A stretch of 64,000 bases of DNA, taken from Vicugna vicugna. Lineage: Eukaryota. The stretch lies in NCBI GenBank assembly GCA_013265495.1, contig MU058213.1, positions 2,356,001 through 2,420,000 of the forward strand, written 5' to 3'. Positions within the stretch are counted from its first letter, which is position 1; each line of letters opens with the position of its first letter. Shown in pieces: positions 27,866 to 40,960 of the stretch. The translations under genes were made by a program, and so were the position numbers. The notes under the pieces were generated by a model. The model saw only the letters and a program-made list of their open reading frames with translations. It ran no database searches and was not told where the DNA came from.

Positions 27866-29219
27866 GAAATCAAAAAAGCATTAGGAATAAGTGAATCATC
27901 AATTATACAGACATAAATATGCATTCAGTGTTCACAATAATGGAAATAAAAAGAAGGTGAAAAAGGCAAAAAAAAAAAATTCCTGAATAACATATCCTAA
28001 TATGCTGCAGACGGATGATTAAAGTATATAATGATCATCAAGAAGTGTGTTAAAATGTATGTAAAATATATCAAGATAAGTGAAAAACAAAATAGATAAT
28101 TGTATGTTTACCATTAAGTAACTAAATAAATACAAAGTTGTTTTTAAAAGTCTGAAAGAGAATACCACTGTATTAGAGGAGAAGGCGTTAGTATGATTTA
28201 TTAATCTTTTACATTGCCTTAATATCCCATAATGCTAAAAAAGATTGTATAACTCTGCTTGGTAATAGCCTTGGAAACACAGAAATAAACAGGAGCACTA
28301 TGATTTGTTTTTGTAGGCCTATAGTCTTCAATTAATTTAACAACTCCTTTGGATATAGAGAGTCTACCAATTTTCTGATTTCTAATGGAAATCAGCAAGT
28401 CTCTGAATATTACCCATTAAGCATCAAGCATCTGCTTATGGAAATAGCACACCCTTGTCCCATAATGAGAAAGTACTACTTTTGGAAACCCTGCTTGATA
28501 GTTTTCATGCAGTACTCTCCTGGTGCCTTCTCAAGAGTTATTTTTTCAGTCTGTAAAGATTCAGTTTGTTATCAGATCAATTTTGAATTAAAAATGATTA
28601 CTGTGTACTTAGTAAAATCAGCTTTAGCACTTCCACCTGTGTATTGGATTTCTTAAAAATTACTGAATACTGTTTATACCTTGTAGACAATTTGTATTGT
28701 TCTGTAACAAGATTATTAACTGAAACTGAGTGAAGGTATATAGCAATATACTTTTATACTCAAATTTTATTAGACTCAGTAAACTCCCTTTAGTATAATT
28801 AGGCAAAGAACTAAGAAATAAAATGATGACATGTAAGGCTTTTTAATAGAGCAAATGTTGAATTAGAATACATCTCACTTAATTTAGCCTAGAAAATTAT
28901 AGCCTTTGTCAATTACATGTGATCATTGACTCTCCAGATATTCTGTAGATCTCCCAATGCCTTTCTCTCATTTGCAATGCCTGTAGTCTAAAAGGCTCCT
29001 TTGTCCTTGGGGGAACACTTGAATAGCTGGAGAGGGACCACCCCGGGAGGATTTGGGACTATCTTCTACAGTGATACAGGGTTTCTAATGAGAAGCTAAT
29101 AATTACTCGTAGAATACATGCTTAAAAATTCAAACACTAGCAGCACCTCTTGATCAACTCGGACTGGCCTGTGTTTCCTCCTACCACAAAAAAAAAAAAA
29201 AAAAAATTAGTAAGAACTC

Positions 29220-29620
29220 AAGGTTTGAGGCAAAGCTATCCTGCTATGGAAATCAAGCTCTGTCAAATACTAGGCCTGGGTAAATTGCTCAATTTAAGGT
29301 TTATTAAAGGTAAAATGGGATAAATGGTAAACCTCAATCCATATGATTGTTCTAAATACAGAATAATATAATCATATAAGCAGTAGTGTATGGTAAGTCA
29401 AATCCTGGCAATGCTGACTCTGACTTTGATAATGACCTTGGGGGTGAGGCTGAACTCTTCTGTGCCTTAATTTCCTCATTTATAAATGAGAGAAAAAGTT
29501 GTGCAGATAACCTCATTGGAGTTTTTGAGAAAAAAATGAGACAATACTTGTAAAGTTGGCTGTAATGGTTAGCCTGCTGTCTGGCTCCTGGTGAGCACCA
29601 TCTAAATATGATTAGTATTA
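29220..29620 (+). mobile_element. Two tandem MIR fragments
   Basis: Core motifs ggcctgggtaaattgctcaat...gtaaaatggga and gaccttggg...ctctgtgccttaatttcctcatttataaatgag-like sequence. Confidence 0.6.
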
Positions 29621-31959
29621 GCTAGTGTGCTGGCTGCAGTTGGGGACAGCTTAATCCGATCAGCTATACCAGAAAGGATTGAGATCAGACAGCTTGTTCC
29701 CTAGAATTAGATTTCCCTTCAGAATTACTTGTTCGCTGTTGCCTGTGTTGATGACTCCCTCTGACCTCCTCCTCATCGAGCTAGCTAATGGCTTTTGGAT
29801 TTTAGCTGATACCCATGAACTTGACCTCTTGCCTGTAAAGTCAGTTTATTTACCTACCAATTTTTCCAGTCTTCACCATTTTAAAAAAATTTAATGGCCC
29901 CCAGATCTCTCTTGGTTAGGAAGACTCTCAATAAATATTACAAAAATAGTTTATGTTTGTGTAGAACTTCACAACATTTATCATGCACATCTTTATTCAT
30001 GAGGTGAGGCTGTTGGGGCAGTTTTTTTTTAATATTTAGGTTTGAAATAAAAGCTTTATTATTACTTGATAGATAAGCTCATTGAAGTATATGTTTGTAT
30101 AAACTCCTTATAGTAATGGTGAAAATGTAAAATTATAAGAAAATATACCCCCATGAAAAACATTTTGGGCACTGCCTGTGAAGGTTAAGAGAACGTTTTT
30201 AATGCATTGCAGTTTTACAAATTACAAATGTAGGTTTAATGAAATTAAATGACAAATTCAAGTAGGACAGAGATGAGGTTTGATCTGTGTCTTCTAACTG
30301 GGGCTCATTGTTTTGTGCTCATGTTTGGCCTGTGTCCTTGGATATCTCTGTTCTGATGAGGCAAGCATAAGGGTGAAGTGTGAGGTTCCAGAAAATCTGT
30401 GTGCAACTAATTCCTGAATTTGTGAATACACAGAATTGCTCAAAATTCTAGGTGGGCTTGGGAATTTAAGTTATGAGAAGGAAAACATAAAGAAAATAAA
30501 TCATTTGTTTGTGATGGAACAAAACACACCATTCATTTAGATAAAACTTTGCACTTTATAAATCACTGTTTCAATCGTTTTCACAATCAAATGCATTTCT
30601 TTAAAAAGAATTAAAGTTACATTACTTTGAAGTCAAAACATTTCAAAACACTTGGAGGCAGCTGGTTAGTATGATTGCCATGTAATGTGGTGGAAAGACA
30701 TTTATTGATGTTTTCTTCGTGCCATTGTTAACTCTGTTCACAGAGGAGAGAAAGTAGAAACTGCTTGGAATCAGAGCCTTTGATTGGTGCAAGTGAAACT
30801 GGAAAAAATTTTTAAAAATCCACTCACATAATCCTTTTCCCACATATTTGGTGTTCGGGTTGTGTGAGGGTCCAGCACAAACAGGCAGGGAGAGGAGGAG
30901 AATGTGGAAACAGGACAGGATGGAAGCAAGATGTTATAGTGAGAGAGTAGTAGTCTTTCTAAAGATGCGTGTTGAAGAGAAAGAAAAAAAAACAAAGCTC
31001 ACTGCCTTTCCCTCTTCTACACTCTGCAGTTTTTTGCAGTTCTTAAGAGCATGCTACCAATGATTCTTTTGTGATCACAGTGCTTGATCTTTGACTATCA
31101 CCGTGACTGTCACAGCCCTTGACCTAGAGAGTGTCACTGGCATTATTCTGGACGAGGACGAGAGCTGTATGTATCCTTTCTCAAAGTTTCAGTGGTAGAC
31201 AGGGTCCTAACTGTCCTCTCTCCCTATCACACACACTGTCGTCCCTCCTATCTTTTTTTTTCTTTCCCCCTCTTCTTTATTTCCTCTTTCTCGATCTCTG
31301 CCCCACGATTACTTTTGTCCTGCAATTTATGATCTAAAGGTAACTGTTAGTTCAAGTGCGTGACCTTAAGTAGAATCTGTTCATTATTGACGGCCTTCTT
31401 ACCCATGTGCAGTAGTTTTAATAGTTCCTATTTCTTACTGCATTTGATCCTCACCTTCAAACATAAGTTACGACATTTTTACTATTTATTACCATTGTAT
31501 CTTTATTAATATTTTGGCTCTATTTTACATGAGCTGCATGATACATTTGGTGAATGTCCAAGAACGCCAAATTGGTACAACTAGCAGTATTAGAGTTAAG
31601 ATTGCAGCTAGGAAGAAAGATCCAGTAAGACAGAGGTTTCCATTTGTGAAGTTATGCAGCAAGAATGAAGCGTAGTCTCTGCATCAGTGACAACTGGATG
31701 ATAAAGTGCAGATAACTTATTATCGGCTGTCTTAGACTGTTCCAGTGGCAGAGCTGCCCAGCTGACACCCACCGATGTGAATTGTGTTGTTCCCAGTGAA
31801 AAAGCTGACTCTCAGCTGGGGTTTAGCTGGAATTTTGTAGTTCAAGTGAGCATAAGGAGAAGCAGCCATCAATGATTTTAACACCTTTGTGGCTGTATAA
31901 ACAGACTAGCTTTGATGCAAGAAAAAATCAGCTTAAATGTGTTAAACTCATTTTAATAA

Positions 31960-32430
31960 ACATAAATACTATTTTATGAAACAGTTATAAATCCAAAAGT
32001 GACACATGCTTATGCTAAAAACATTGAACACTGTCACATTTATAACATAGGGAGAGCCTTCTTTTTCTCTTACTGTTTTGCTCCACAAAGGTAACTGTGT
32101 TTATCAATTTGATGAATATAGTTCTAGATATTTTCTATGCATATTTAAACACACAGGCATATATGGGGTAATACTAAATTTAATAATATGCAAACTAGCT
32201 TTTTTCACTTAGCATGTTATTATTTTTTCATATATACACATAGATATTTACCTTACTTTAATTACTGCATTCTTCCCATTGTATAATGTACTGTACTTCA
32301 TTTAGTCAACATGCCATTGCTGGATATTTAGGTTACCTAACTTTTGTTGCTACTACAAAAAAAGTTGCAGTGAACATCCTTGAACAACTAATTATTTTAA
32401 TTCTGTGCATTTATCTTTGGATAAATTCAG
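31960..32430 (-). mobile_element. Old L1 (L1ME-like) 3' UTR fragment
   Basis: ttgctggatatttaggttacc...ttttgttgctactac...tgcagtgaacatccttg. Confidence 0.7.
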
Positions 32431-32945
32431 ATAAGTGGCAATTCTGATATCAGGGAAGTTGCTAATATTTTAAATGTCTGAAGATCTGGAGATGCCACTT
32501 TGGAGTTCAATCTGTGAAGTTGTAACATCACAAAAATAGTGTTTTTACAATAAAAATAATCTCTTTACCATTGCAGGCAGACCATACTTCCACAAAACTG
32601 CCCTGGTTCTGTTTCCTCCATGGAGGTGCAAATTTCCATATCCCTAATGATTTTTTATTATCCTCTCTGTGATACAATAAAACGTATGTCAGGCCAGGCC
32701 ATGTGTATTTTGAAGTTTCAATGTATGGAACTATCCAAGAAGGCAGGTCATCCCTATAGGTGGTAGTCAGTCTCTCCTTCTCACTGGGCAAGGTCCTTGA
32801 ACCTTGAATCTGCTGCTCTCTGAACTGATTGAAAACCATGTAATCATTTAATCTTTTCAACAGCCTTTTTTACTACAAACAGTGCACTCTTTCTTATAGG
32901 GAGTCAGTTACCCATTGAAATTATTCCTTTTTTCCCCTCTTTCAG

Positions 32946-33024
32946 AGCTGGACGGGGCCTTTACGGTATTGACAGCATGCCAGATCTCCGCAGGAAGAAA
33001 ACTCTGCCCATCGTACGAGATGTG
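32946..33024 (+). CDS. UNC13C: UNC13C coding exon, 79 nt: (R)[26 protein letters not shown]
   Basis: Acceptor ttttttcccctctttcag| and donor |gtgagt. The [14 protein letters not shown] motif is typical of Munc13 proteins upstream of C1. Phase 2 in, phase 0 out. Confidence 0.95.
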
Positions 33025-34089
33025 GTGAGTCACTCCTGTTTAATTCATTTGGATTGCATGTGTCATCTTGGTGTTTCTTAGCTGTCGTATTGCCCTTTTC
33101 ATTAAATGCCTAGCCTGTAAATGTTTCATAGAATAAAACACACCAGAAGCTGGATTCCTGCAAGTGTTTTATTTCTTATTTCTTTAAAATCTATTAGATG
33201 GAGGAAATAACTCTAACCTTTTGACAGCTTTTGGGATTAGCTGAAATTACAGATGGAGTTAAAATGGCCCTGTAATCGAGCAGAAGGAAGTCACACAGCG
33301 CTGGGGCTGGCGGCTGCCTCTGGGCTTGATGTGCTCGGCTGTGAGTGACCACAGGTGTAACTTGCACTGGGAGGCCGAATTTGAGCTTCTTCACCTTGAA
33401 GAAGACTTTACTGTTTCACAAAGCCAGCAGCTAATATGAATCGATTCTTTATGCTCTTATATTAAGATCAAGTCTAGCCAAATAAATAAGCTGTTCCACT
33501 ATCTAAAGAAAATCATGGCTTCCGAGTTTTTAAAACCTTTATTATCCTTGAACATAATTCTGAATAACAAACTTTCCCATAAGGAAATACGCTAGAGACC
33601 ACCTGGAGATGAAAAGAATTTATAATGGTCTGTATTAAATTCTGAAAACAAATACCCATCAACATGAAAAACAAGTATTTTCTAGCATCCACAATGTTTT
33701 CATATTTTTCTTGAGGCATATTTATTTCTTTTCATTTTTTGAGACATATTCTTGATGGTTTATTCCTATTATTGCTTAATAATTTATTGCTAAAATTTCC
33801 CTTTTAGCAACAATGAGCACAACTTCTTGATATCATTTTTAATTTTGCTGAGAAAACCTTCATCTGAAGGCCATCAGTTTAGTTTTAAAATAGGAAACAT
33901 ACAGTCTTGCCTGGAAAGATCTTATACTGGAAAACATCATATTGCTATACATCTGAGTTAGCTCAGGTTCATCCCATTATAGTGTGACATTATTTTAAAA
34001 TGTTCAGTTTATTTGACATTATTCTTTTTCTCACCTGTCTTATATCTAATTATTTATACTTTGTTTCCTCTGAAACTTGGATTCCTCAG

Positions 34090-34095
34090 GCCATG
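34090..34095 (+). CDS. UNC13C: UNC13C 6-nt microexon encoding Ala-Met
   Basis: ttcctcag|GCCATG|gtgagt, phase 0/0, with about 80 nt free of AG upstream (34008-34087). It gives ...IVRDV-AM-TLAARKS..., matching the Munc13-3 sequence as I recall it. Confidence 0.88.
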
Positions 34096-35214
34096 GTGAG
34101 TGATTTTCAATTTACTTGATTAATACTTGGCAGTCTCCTCAAATGTACACTGCATCAGGTCCTGGGATAAAAGGGGGCAAGAAGGGCAAACAGAGAAATA
34201 AAAGAATAAGAAGTTTGGGTTCTCTAGGAATATAACATCTGGTTCCATTCTAAAAGCCAGACCAGCTTATGTAAACAGCAGGTGCCAATGCAGGCTGAAA
34301 TAGAATAAAAACATAATTTTTGGAACATAGTTGTCAGAAATGGAAGCTTATCCTTGGAGGTGAGCCCTCGATAAGTTTACACGGTAGGACTGGAGATGGG
34401 TGGAAAGTGACTTCCTCACTTAGGACTGTCTTTAACTGAGTGCAGTGGCTTTGTATCTCCAAGGAGATATAATTCTGACCAGATACATTTTTCCACTATG
34501 ACTTCCCTTTGTTCTAATGGGAGAGAAGGTTTAATATTCTCATATAGGACTTCGGATTTCCATAACTCTCTACAGCACTGTCAAGTTACTATATTGCCTG
34601 TTTCAGGTGGGAACAGCATAATGGTTCTGTTTTCCAGGGGACATGAAAGGGGCATGACTCATACTTAAAATCACCTAAGTTACCAGCATTGAGTGAAGAA
34701 AACAAATCTGGGAATGATGATTGTCAGTTGATAAAATGGAACACTTGAAAGAAAATACCTGACTAGATATAGAGGAATGTTTCTGGGAACTGTGAACAGC
34801 TCAAGAATCACCTTGTCCCAACTGTGATCCGAGGCTGTCAGACAGATCATCTGGCTCTGTATCAGTGGTCACGTTCTGTGAAGGAATGTGATCATGATCA
34901 TCTTGGGGAAAACAGTGCTCTAGAAACCTCCTGCTAGTCTAGAAACCATAGGCTGGGCAGCCTGCCTTCCTGGGCCTCAGTTTTATCATCTGTAAAAATG
35001 TTGGGCCTAGGTCTGATGATCTAAAGGGGCTTTTTCAGCTTTCATGGTCAGTGAATCCATATTCTGGATGAATTGGTTGACTACTGAAAATGGTAGTTCC
35101 CTTCTGACTAAAAAACAAATAGTGATGGTCATTATTTTCATATTCTGCTGAGCGATATGTATATAGCAGCCACCTCATGTACCAGTAACTCATAACTCTT
35201 TTTTTTTTTTTAAG

Positions 35215-35286
35215 ACCCTGGCTGCCCGGAAATCTGGACTCTCGCTCGCTATGGTGATTAGGACATCACTTAACAACGAGGAACTG
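35215..35286 (+). CDS. UNC13C: UNC13C coding exon, 72 nt: [24 protein letters not shown]
   Basis: T13 tract plus aag| acceptor and |gtaggt donor. Phase 0/0 and in frame with both neighbours. Confidence 0.93.
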
Positions 35287-35499
35287 GTAGGTGCAGAGTC
35301 AGTTACCAACCATGCATTGATCATAGTCTGGAGAAAGCATTCTGCTGGGGCCCCTTCATTGGGATGCTCACTCCAAAGTCCTAGGAATAACTGGGAATGT
35401 GGGGAAAGTCTGAACCCAAACAAATTTTCTCAGGCCTCAGCTTCGCTATTGTACAAATGATCCTCCGCTGATCAAATATGCATGCACTTTCCCGTCCGT

Positions 35500-36080
35500 G
35501 CAAATGTTCCTTCATCCCCATACAGTTGACCTGTGACAAAATCCTGCTGAATTTTTATAGTTCAGTTTTTGCCTCCTTTTTGAGGCTTTCCTAGACACTC
35601 TCCTCCCCTTTTGGCTCAATTATTCCTTTCCTCCTCTGGGCTTTTCTAGCATTTAGTCACACCCTCCATAGTAGAGTATGGTTTAGCAGGGTTAAGAGTG
35701 GAGGCTGCTTGGGGTCAGTCCCGTCTGTACCCCTTGATTAGCACAGTTATATCTGGCAAGTTACATAACTTTCTGCACCTGAGTTCTCTCATCCATATAG
35801 TGAGTGGATAATAGGATAGAAGATTAAGGATAATAAGAGAGAAAAAACGTTTAATACGCTGCACAGCCTAGGGTACCGTAAACAGTTACTATAAGCTGCT
35901 GCTTTAATTATTTCTGTTACTACAGTTTGATTATTTTGCATAAGCCTTTCCTCTTAGACTGATCTCCATGAGGGTAGCACTGTATCTTGTTTGTTTTTCT
36001 TGTTAAGTACCTTCATCCCTCTTGCTTAGCACACTGTCTGGCTTGAGATAGATGCTTTGCCAATTCTTGTTCAATGAAAG
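35500..36080 (+). mobile_element. L2 3' fragment with a nested MIR (about 35672-35915)
   Basis: L2 end ttagactgatctccatgaggg...cttagcacactgtctggc. MIR gggttaagagtggaggct...ggcaagttacataactttctgcacctgagttctctcatc. Confidence 0.7.
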
Positions 36081-36124
36081 AACCAACATGAAGAGAAGGT
36101 ACAAGTAGTTTGCAGATATCTAGG

Positions 36125-36345
36125 TCAGGGAATCTTAAATTTGGCTCATTAGAATCACCTGGGGGAGCTTTACAACCTACCAATGCCTGGGTCACATTCC
36201 CATGATTCTGATTTAATTGGCTTCAAGTAGATCCTGGATAGAAGGTTTTTTTGTTTGTTTGTTTGTTTTTAACAAAAACAAAAACGAAAACACCTCTCAG
36301 GCGGTTCCAGTGAGCAGTGGATGTTGTGCCTGGTAACTCCATCCT
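36125..36345 (+). mobile_element. MER5A-like hAT-Charlie element
   Basis: cattagaatcacctgggggagcttt...aatgcctgggtc...gattctgatttaattgg. Confidence 0.75.
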
Positions 36346-36686
36346 GCGCAGCCACTCTGCTGGGGCTTTTATCCAAGACAGTCTATCTGGGCCCACCTTT
36401 ACTGCGACTAACATACTCTACCTCCCCCAACTTCAGAGGCTTGTCTGTCTTAAAGAATAGTGATTTGGCCAATGATATTACCTGTTTTAAATTTCTCTCC
36501 ACATGACATTTAAACACCATTATTTATATCAGTATTTCTCATTCTCTTTTTCCTGTCATTGCCCTCTTCCACCAAGAGCCAACCTTTCTTAGATCTCTAT
36601 CAGCAGGCCCCCTCAGCCCCATAAACATTAGCGAGAATACATGCCCATTTGAATATCTGGGTGCCCCAGCAAGCTCACGACATTTT

Positions 36687-36873
36687 TTTAAATTGAGGTA
36701 CAGTCAGTTACAATGCATCCATTTCTGGTGTAGAGCACAATGTCCCAGTCGTGCATACACATACAGGTATTCATTTTCATTATGGTACTACAAGATACTA
36801 AATATGGTTCCCTGTGCTATACAGAAGAAACTTCCTTTTAATCTGCTAGATATAATGGCTAACATTTGCAAAT
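36687..36873 (-). mobile_element. Very short young L1 3' end with a 17-bp TSD
   Basis: attgaggtacagtcagttacaatg...gttccctgtgctatacagaagaaactt. TSD copies are caagctcacgacatttt (36670-36686) and caagctcacaacatttt (36874-36890). Confidence 0.85.
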
Positions 36874-39219
36874 CAAGCTCACAACATTTTGTATTGTGCC
36901 ACAGGATTTGAAAAATGCGGTTGCTTTCCCAGGGGCTTATTCTCTATTAGATTTGTGATGCCATGTCATATTTAGATATATAGTTTGGAAATGAGAGAGT
37001 AAACCTTCTCTGGTAGATGAGAAAGCCTCATACTGGTTACTGAATCTCCAAAGTATCCAGTCTTTTGCTTTTGAGGATATCATCGCAGTGGGGGGTTTTA
37101 TTGATAAGCGACTAGACTATTCCTTTCTTATATTTTTAGATGTGATATTGCGTTTGAGGCACAAATACTCCTTCCTATGAAAAGTTAAGAGAGCGATGGA
37201 AATGCAAGGAATGCTACTACTACATTTCCTGAGGTTCTGCAGGAAGCACACCCTCACTTTAGGGTTAAATTGGCTATTAATCTCCTCTGCCGCGTTTACT
37301 TAAAAGTACCATGTTATTTCTTCAGTTTCAGAAGGCCTCTGGAAAAGATTTTTCTGTGTGGGTGTCAGGTGGATGAATAGAGCCCATCCAAAACTCTGTA
37401 GAGCTCTAAAACTCCTAGAACCCATTTCCTGGGAGCCCATGTCTCAAAAAGCAAATGAAAACTGACTTTAGTACAACAGGCATATGAAATGTCCCTCCTG
37501 ACAAGCTGTCACATTAAGTCATTACATGGGCAATGGACATAAATGCTGGAGTGAATAATCGCCATGTCTTGGTGCCGCAAGTCCCAGGCACCCTGAATGT
37601 GAAAGCACGAAATATTTGCCTTAACGTGAAGAACAAAGATTTGGCCGTGTGGAAAATGGTAGCACTTTTATTTTAATTAAAGAGATGTGTGGTGAAAACT
37701 CAGTCATCTCTTCTAAGGAAGGAAAGGGCTATAAAGTCTGATACAAGGTGACAGTGGGCCAGCCAGCACCGCCTCTGTTAGCATTCTGTTGTCAATGGGG
37801 GAAGCGTTGCTGGGTGCCCCATCCATCACAAGTTCCAGCTCACCACGAGGAGCTGCTGGGGCTGGTTGGGAATCTAAGTCTAATAAGGCCTAAGGGCTGT
37901 AGTTCTTGACAATTCCCATCTGGTTTAATAACACAAGGCAGGACCACCATCTAACATCTGTATCCACAGCAGCCGTCCTGCCGGCACTCTGCTGCCCAGC
38001 TTCGTGTCTGCTTTCCCAGTGGTGGTTTCCTAGGTTTTGGACTCAACAGTGGGGCAGTCAAAGCAGATCCATTCAGTATTTCAACGAACACTAATCGACT
38101 GTCTGCTGTGTTTCAGGGATTGTTTCAGATTTGGGAAATAAGGCAGAGAACAACTCAACTACAAATTCCTGCTGTTGTGATCCTTATAGTGAGAGGGGAG
38201 CTGAGATACCACACTTCGTACCCACTGTTGCCATAGCTCATAATGGAAGCTGCCACGCAGGAGTATTTAAACTAAGACCGGCTTAGATGATGGTTAGGGG
38301 AAACTCAAGTAGAGCGAGGAGTCCAAATCACTAAGCTCAAAAGAGACTGTAGAACACTGTTCTGTCCGGGTTGATGACCATGTTTAGGAGGCTGTTCTAA
38401 TGCTATGTTTATAGGGAGCGTCAATTCTCAGTAAGGGTTGATGTGTCTGGGATGGTAGGGGTCCTTCCAATAACAGGATTCAGGCCAAAGAAAAGGGACT
38501 GACAAGAAAGAGACTGTGGGAGTTATCAAGCGAGCAGACCTGGGCCCTGTTCCTATCATGACACTTGTAAGGTACATGGAAGGACGGAGCAGGTCAGAAC
38601 AGCTCTCTGGTACCTGGGGTTCAGTCAGGAAGCTGCAGGCTCACGGTTCACCCAGGGACTCTGGACTCCTGCTCTCCTGCTCAGGGATCAGGAATCCCTT
38701 CAAACCACATAAGCGCGTGATGAGGTGATAGGGCCTGAATCTGAATCTCAGCTCTACCTCTTACTCCCTTTGAAAGCTCGCGTCTTAATACGCCTTGCCT
38801 CCCTGAGACTTGTTCGTGTGATGCTTAAAGGGGTGGAAGTATACTTGCCTCGCAGTGAGTGGGAAGTAAAAGGAAAGTCTGGCTGGGCAGAGCAGTAGCA
38901 GTTAGGGCCGTGGGTCAGGGACTCACAGTGAGGTCCCCAGAGTACATGCTAAGCCCAGTGCCTCCCTGTCGCCTTTGCAGCTGAGGGACGGATTCCAGGG
39001 AGCGCTGACCTGGGAGTCAGCAGTAATGACTCCGACTACAAAGACTGTCCCGTGTTTACAAGTAGCGTTTGTCAGTGATCCTTCTGTCCTTCTTCCGGAG
39101 CACAATCTTTGGCGTGAAAAAGATGTTTTTTAAAGGTCCAGTTTACCCTTTACTAGCTGTGGGAACTTGGGTGAGTTACTGAAATTCCCTTGGCCTTGAT
39201 TTTTCCCGTATGTTTGCTA

Positions 39220-40960
39220 ATTATGGAAGATTTTTTGCACTTCGATTCAAGTAAAATGGCCTGTGGTTTACTGTGTCTTTGAACGATTGTGGCATCAAGT
39301 ATAATCTAATTTTATAAAATAAGATGGGGAGCTTTCCTTTCTGTCACTTCTCTGAGCTGATCTGCATAGAGTAAGTGTTTCTAAACCTTGAAAGACTGAC
39401 AAAACTTACCTCTAAAGCCATCTTACAATTTTTTTTAGAGTGATCATTTGACTCCTTAATTTATTTAGTGTAAGAATTCTATGCATGTTCTTTAAACACT
39501 TGTTCATGAGTCAATTTTGATAATTTTTTCCAGAAACTTGTCCTTTTTTCTAAATTTACAAATTTAATAGCATTAAGCTGTTCATATAATTGTATCATTA
39601 TTTGCAAGAGCTGTGGTGTTTTCATCTTGTTATTAACTATTTGCATTTTTTTCTTTCTTTCATAAAATCAGTACTGCAAGAGAGTCTCTGCCATTTGTTC
39701 TTCTGACTCCATGTTGTTTCTTTGTTTTCCATTTCATTTATTTCTGCTCTTGTCTTACTTAAATTCATCTTCTACTCTTTGTATTGACCCTGAAGCTATT
39801 TTTCCAACTTAAGTTGAATATATAGTTTGTCAATTTTTGTTGTTGCTGTTAACTTTTCCGTACATATGAATGAATGTCTACAACACAAAGAAAGGGGATA
39901 AGTAATAATAGAAACATCTGTGTATTTATTACTCAGCCTTAAAAAGAGATTTCCACTCCTTACGTAGTCCTTCCTCATTTTCTTTCTCCTTCCAACCTTC
40001 AAAGAATTTATGTCGTTCACTTACTGCTTTTGTTTATATCTTTACCACATTTGTGTGTTGTAACTTAGTTTTCTTTTTGTCTTTTGTAACATGTATACAT
40101 TTAAAAGTTCATTTTCCACTCAGCACACTTCAGCTGCATCATACAAGTTTTGCTATATGTGCTTTTATTGTTGTTGAGTTAGAATTATGAAATGATCCAG
40201 TGATTAATGTTTTGACTCATTAGTTACTTACAAGGGTTTTCATTAATCTTCCAAAGATAAGGGCTTTATTTTTGTTACTGCTTTGTATTCAGAGGACCCG
40301 GACTGTACATTCAGTCTTTGGTATTTAATTGAGGATTGTTTCCTGGTTTAGTACTTGATGAACTTTGTAGATATCGCATGTGAGCTTTTTCTGAGTGCAT
40401 GAGTTTTGGAACTTATATATTCCTGATAAATTGTTTCTTTCAACTTTTGCTAGTAATCCTGTTAATCTCTTAAATACTTCTTCTTTAAAAATATTCTGTG
40501 TGATGATAATACAGCTACACTAAATTACACCTTCCATGATAGAAGTTTTTATTGCCCTTTCTTTAAATCTTAATGTGTTTTGTGTGTAGCTCATAAGCAA
40601 CAGATAGCTTAATTTTGAAATTCAATTTAAGAATTTGTCTTTTTCCAGGTTAATTCAGTCAGTTTACATTTATCATAATAAATTTGAGCTTAGTTGTATT
40701 ACTTTTAAAAAATTTACTCTCTCCTTTTTACTTTATTTCTTTTCTAGGCTTCTATTATGTAGATTTTTTCTTTATTTTCCCTGTTTTCCATTAAATAAAT
40801 TAAAGTTATCTATACTATTTATTTTAATATAGTAGGTATATTTTTCAAGGCTTAATAAAAATACTTTTCAGATTATAAAGTTAATCAATAATTCTGTCCT
40901 GAAAAAATATATAAAGGTCTGAAAATGCTTAGGCTCTGATTACTACCCTCAACGCTCACG
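39220..40960 (-). mobile_element. Old degenerate L1 ORF2 region (antisense)
   Basis: T-rich antisense L1-like sequence, e.g. ataagatggggagctttcc and ttccactcagcacacttcagctgcatcatacaagttttgctatatgtg. Confidence 0.6.

Noticed and set aside
32528..32860. 110-aa antisense ORF near an exon
   Set aside because: Non-ATG start and no recognisable homology; this length is plausible by chance in six frames of 64 kb.
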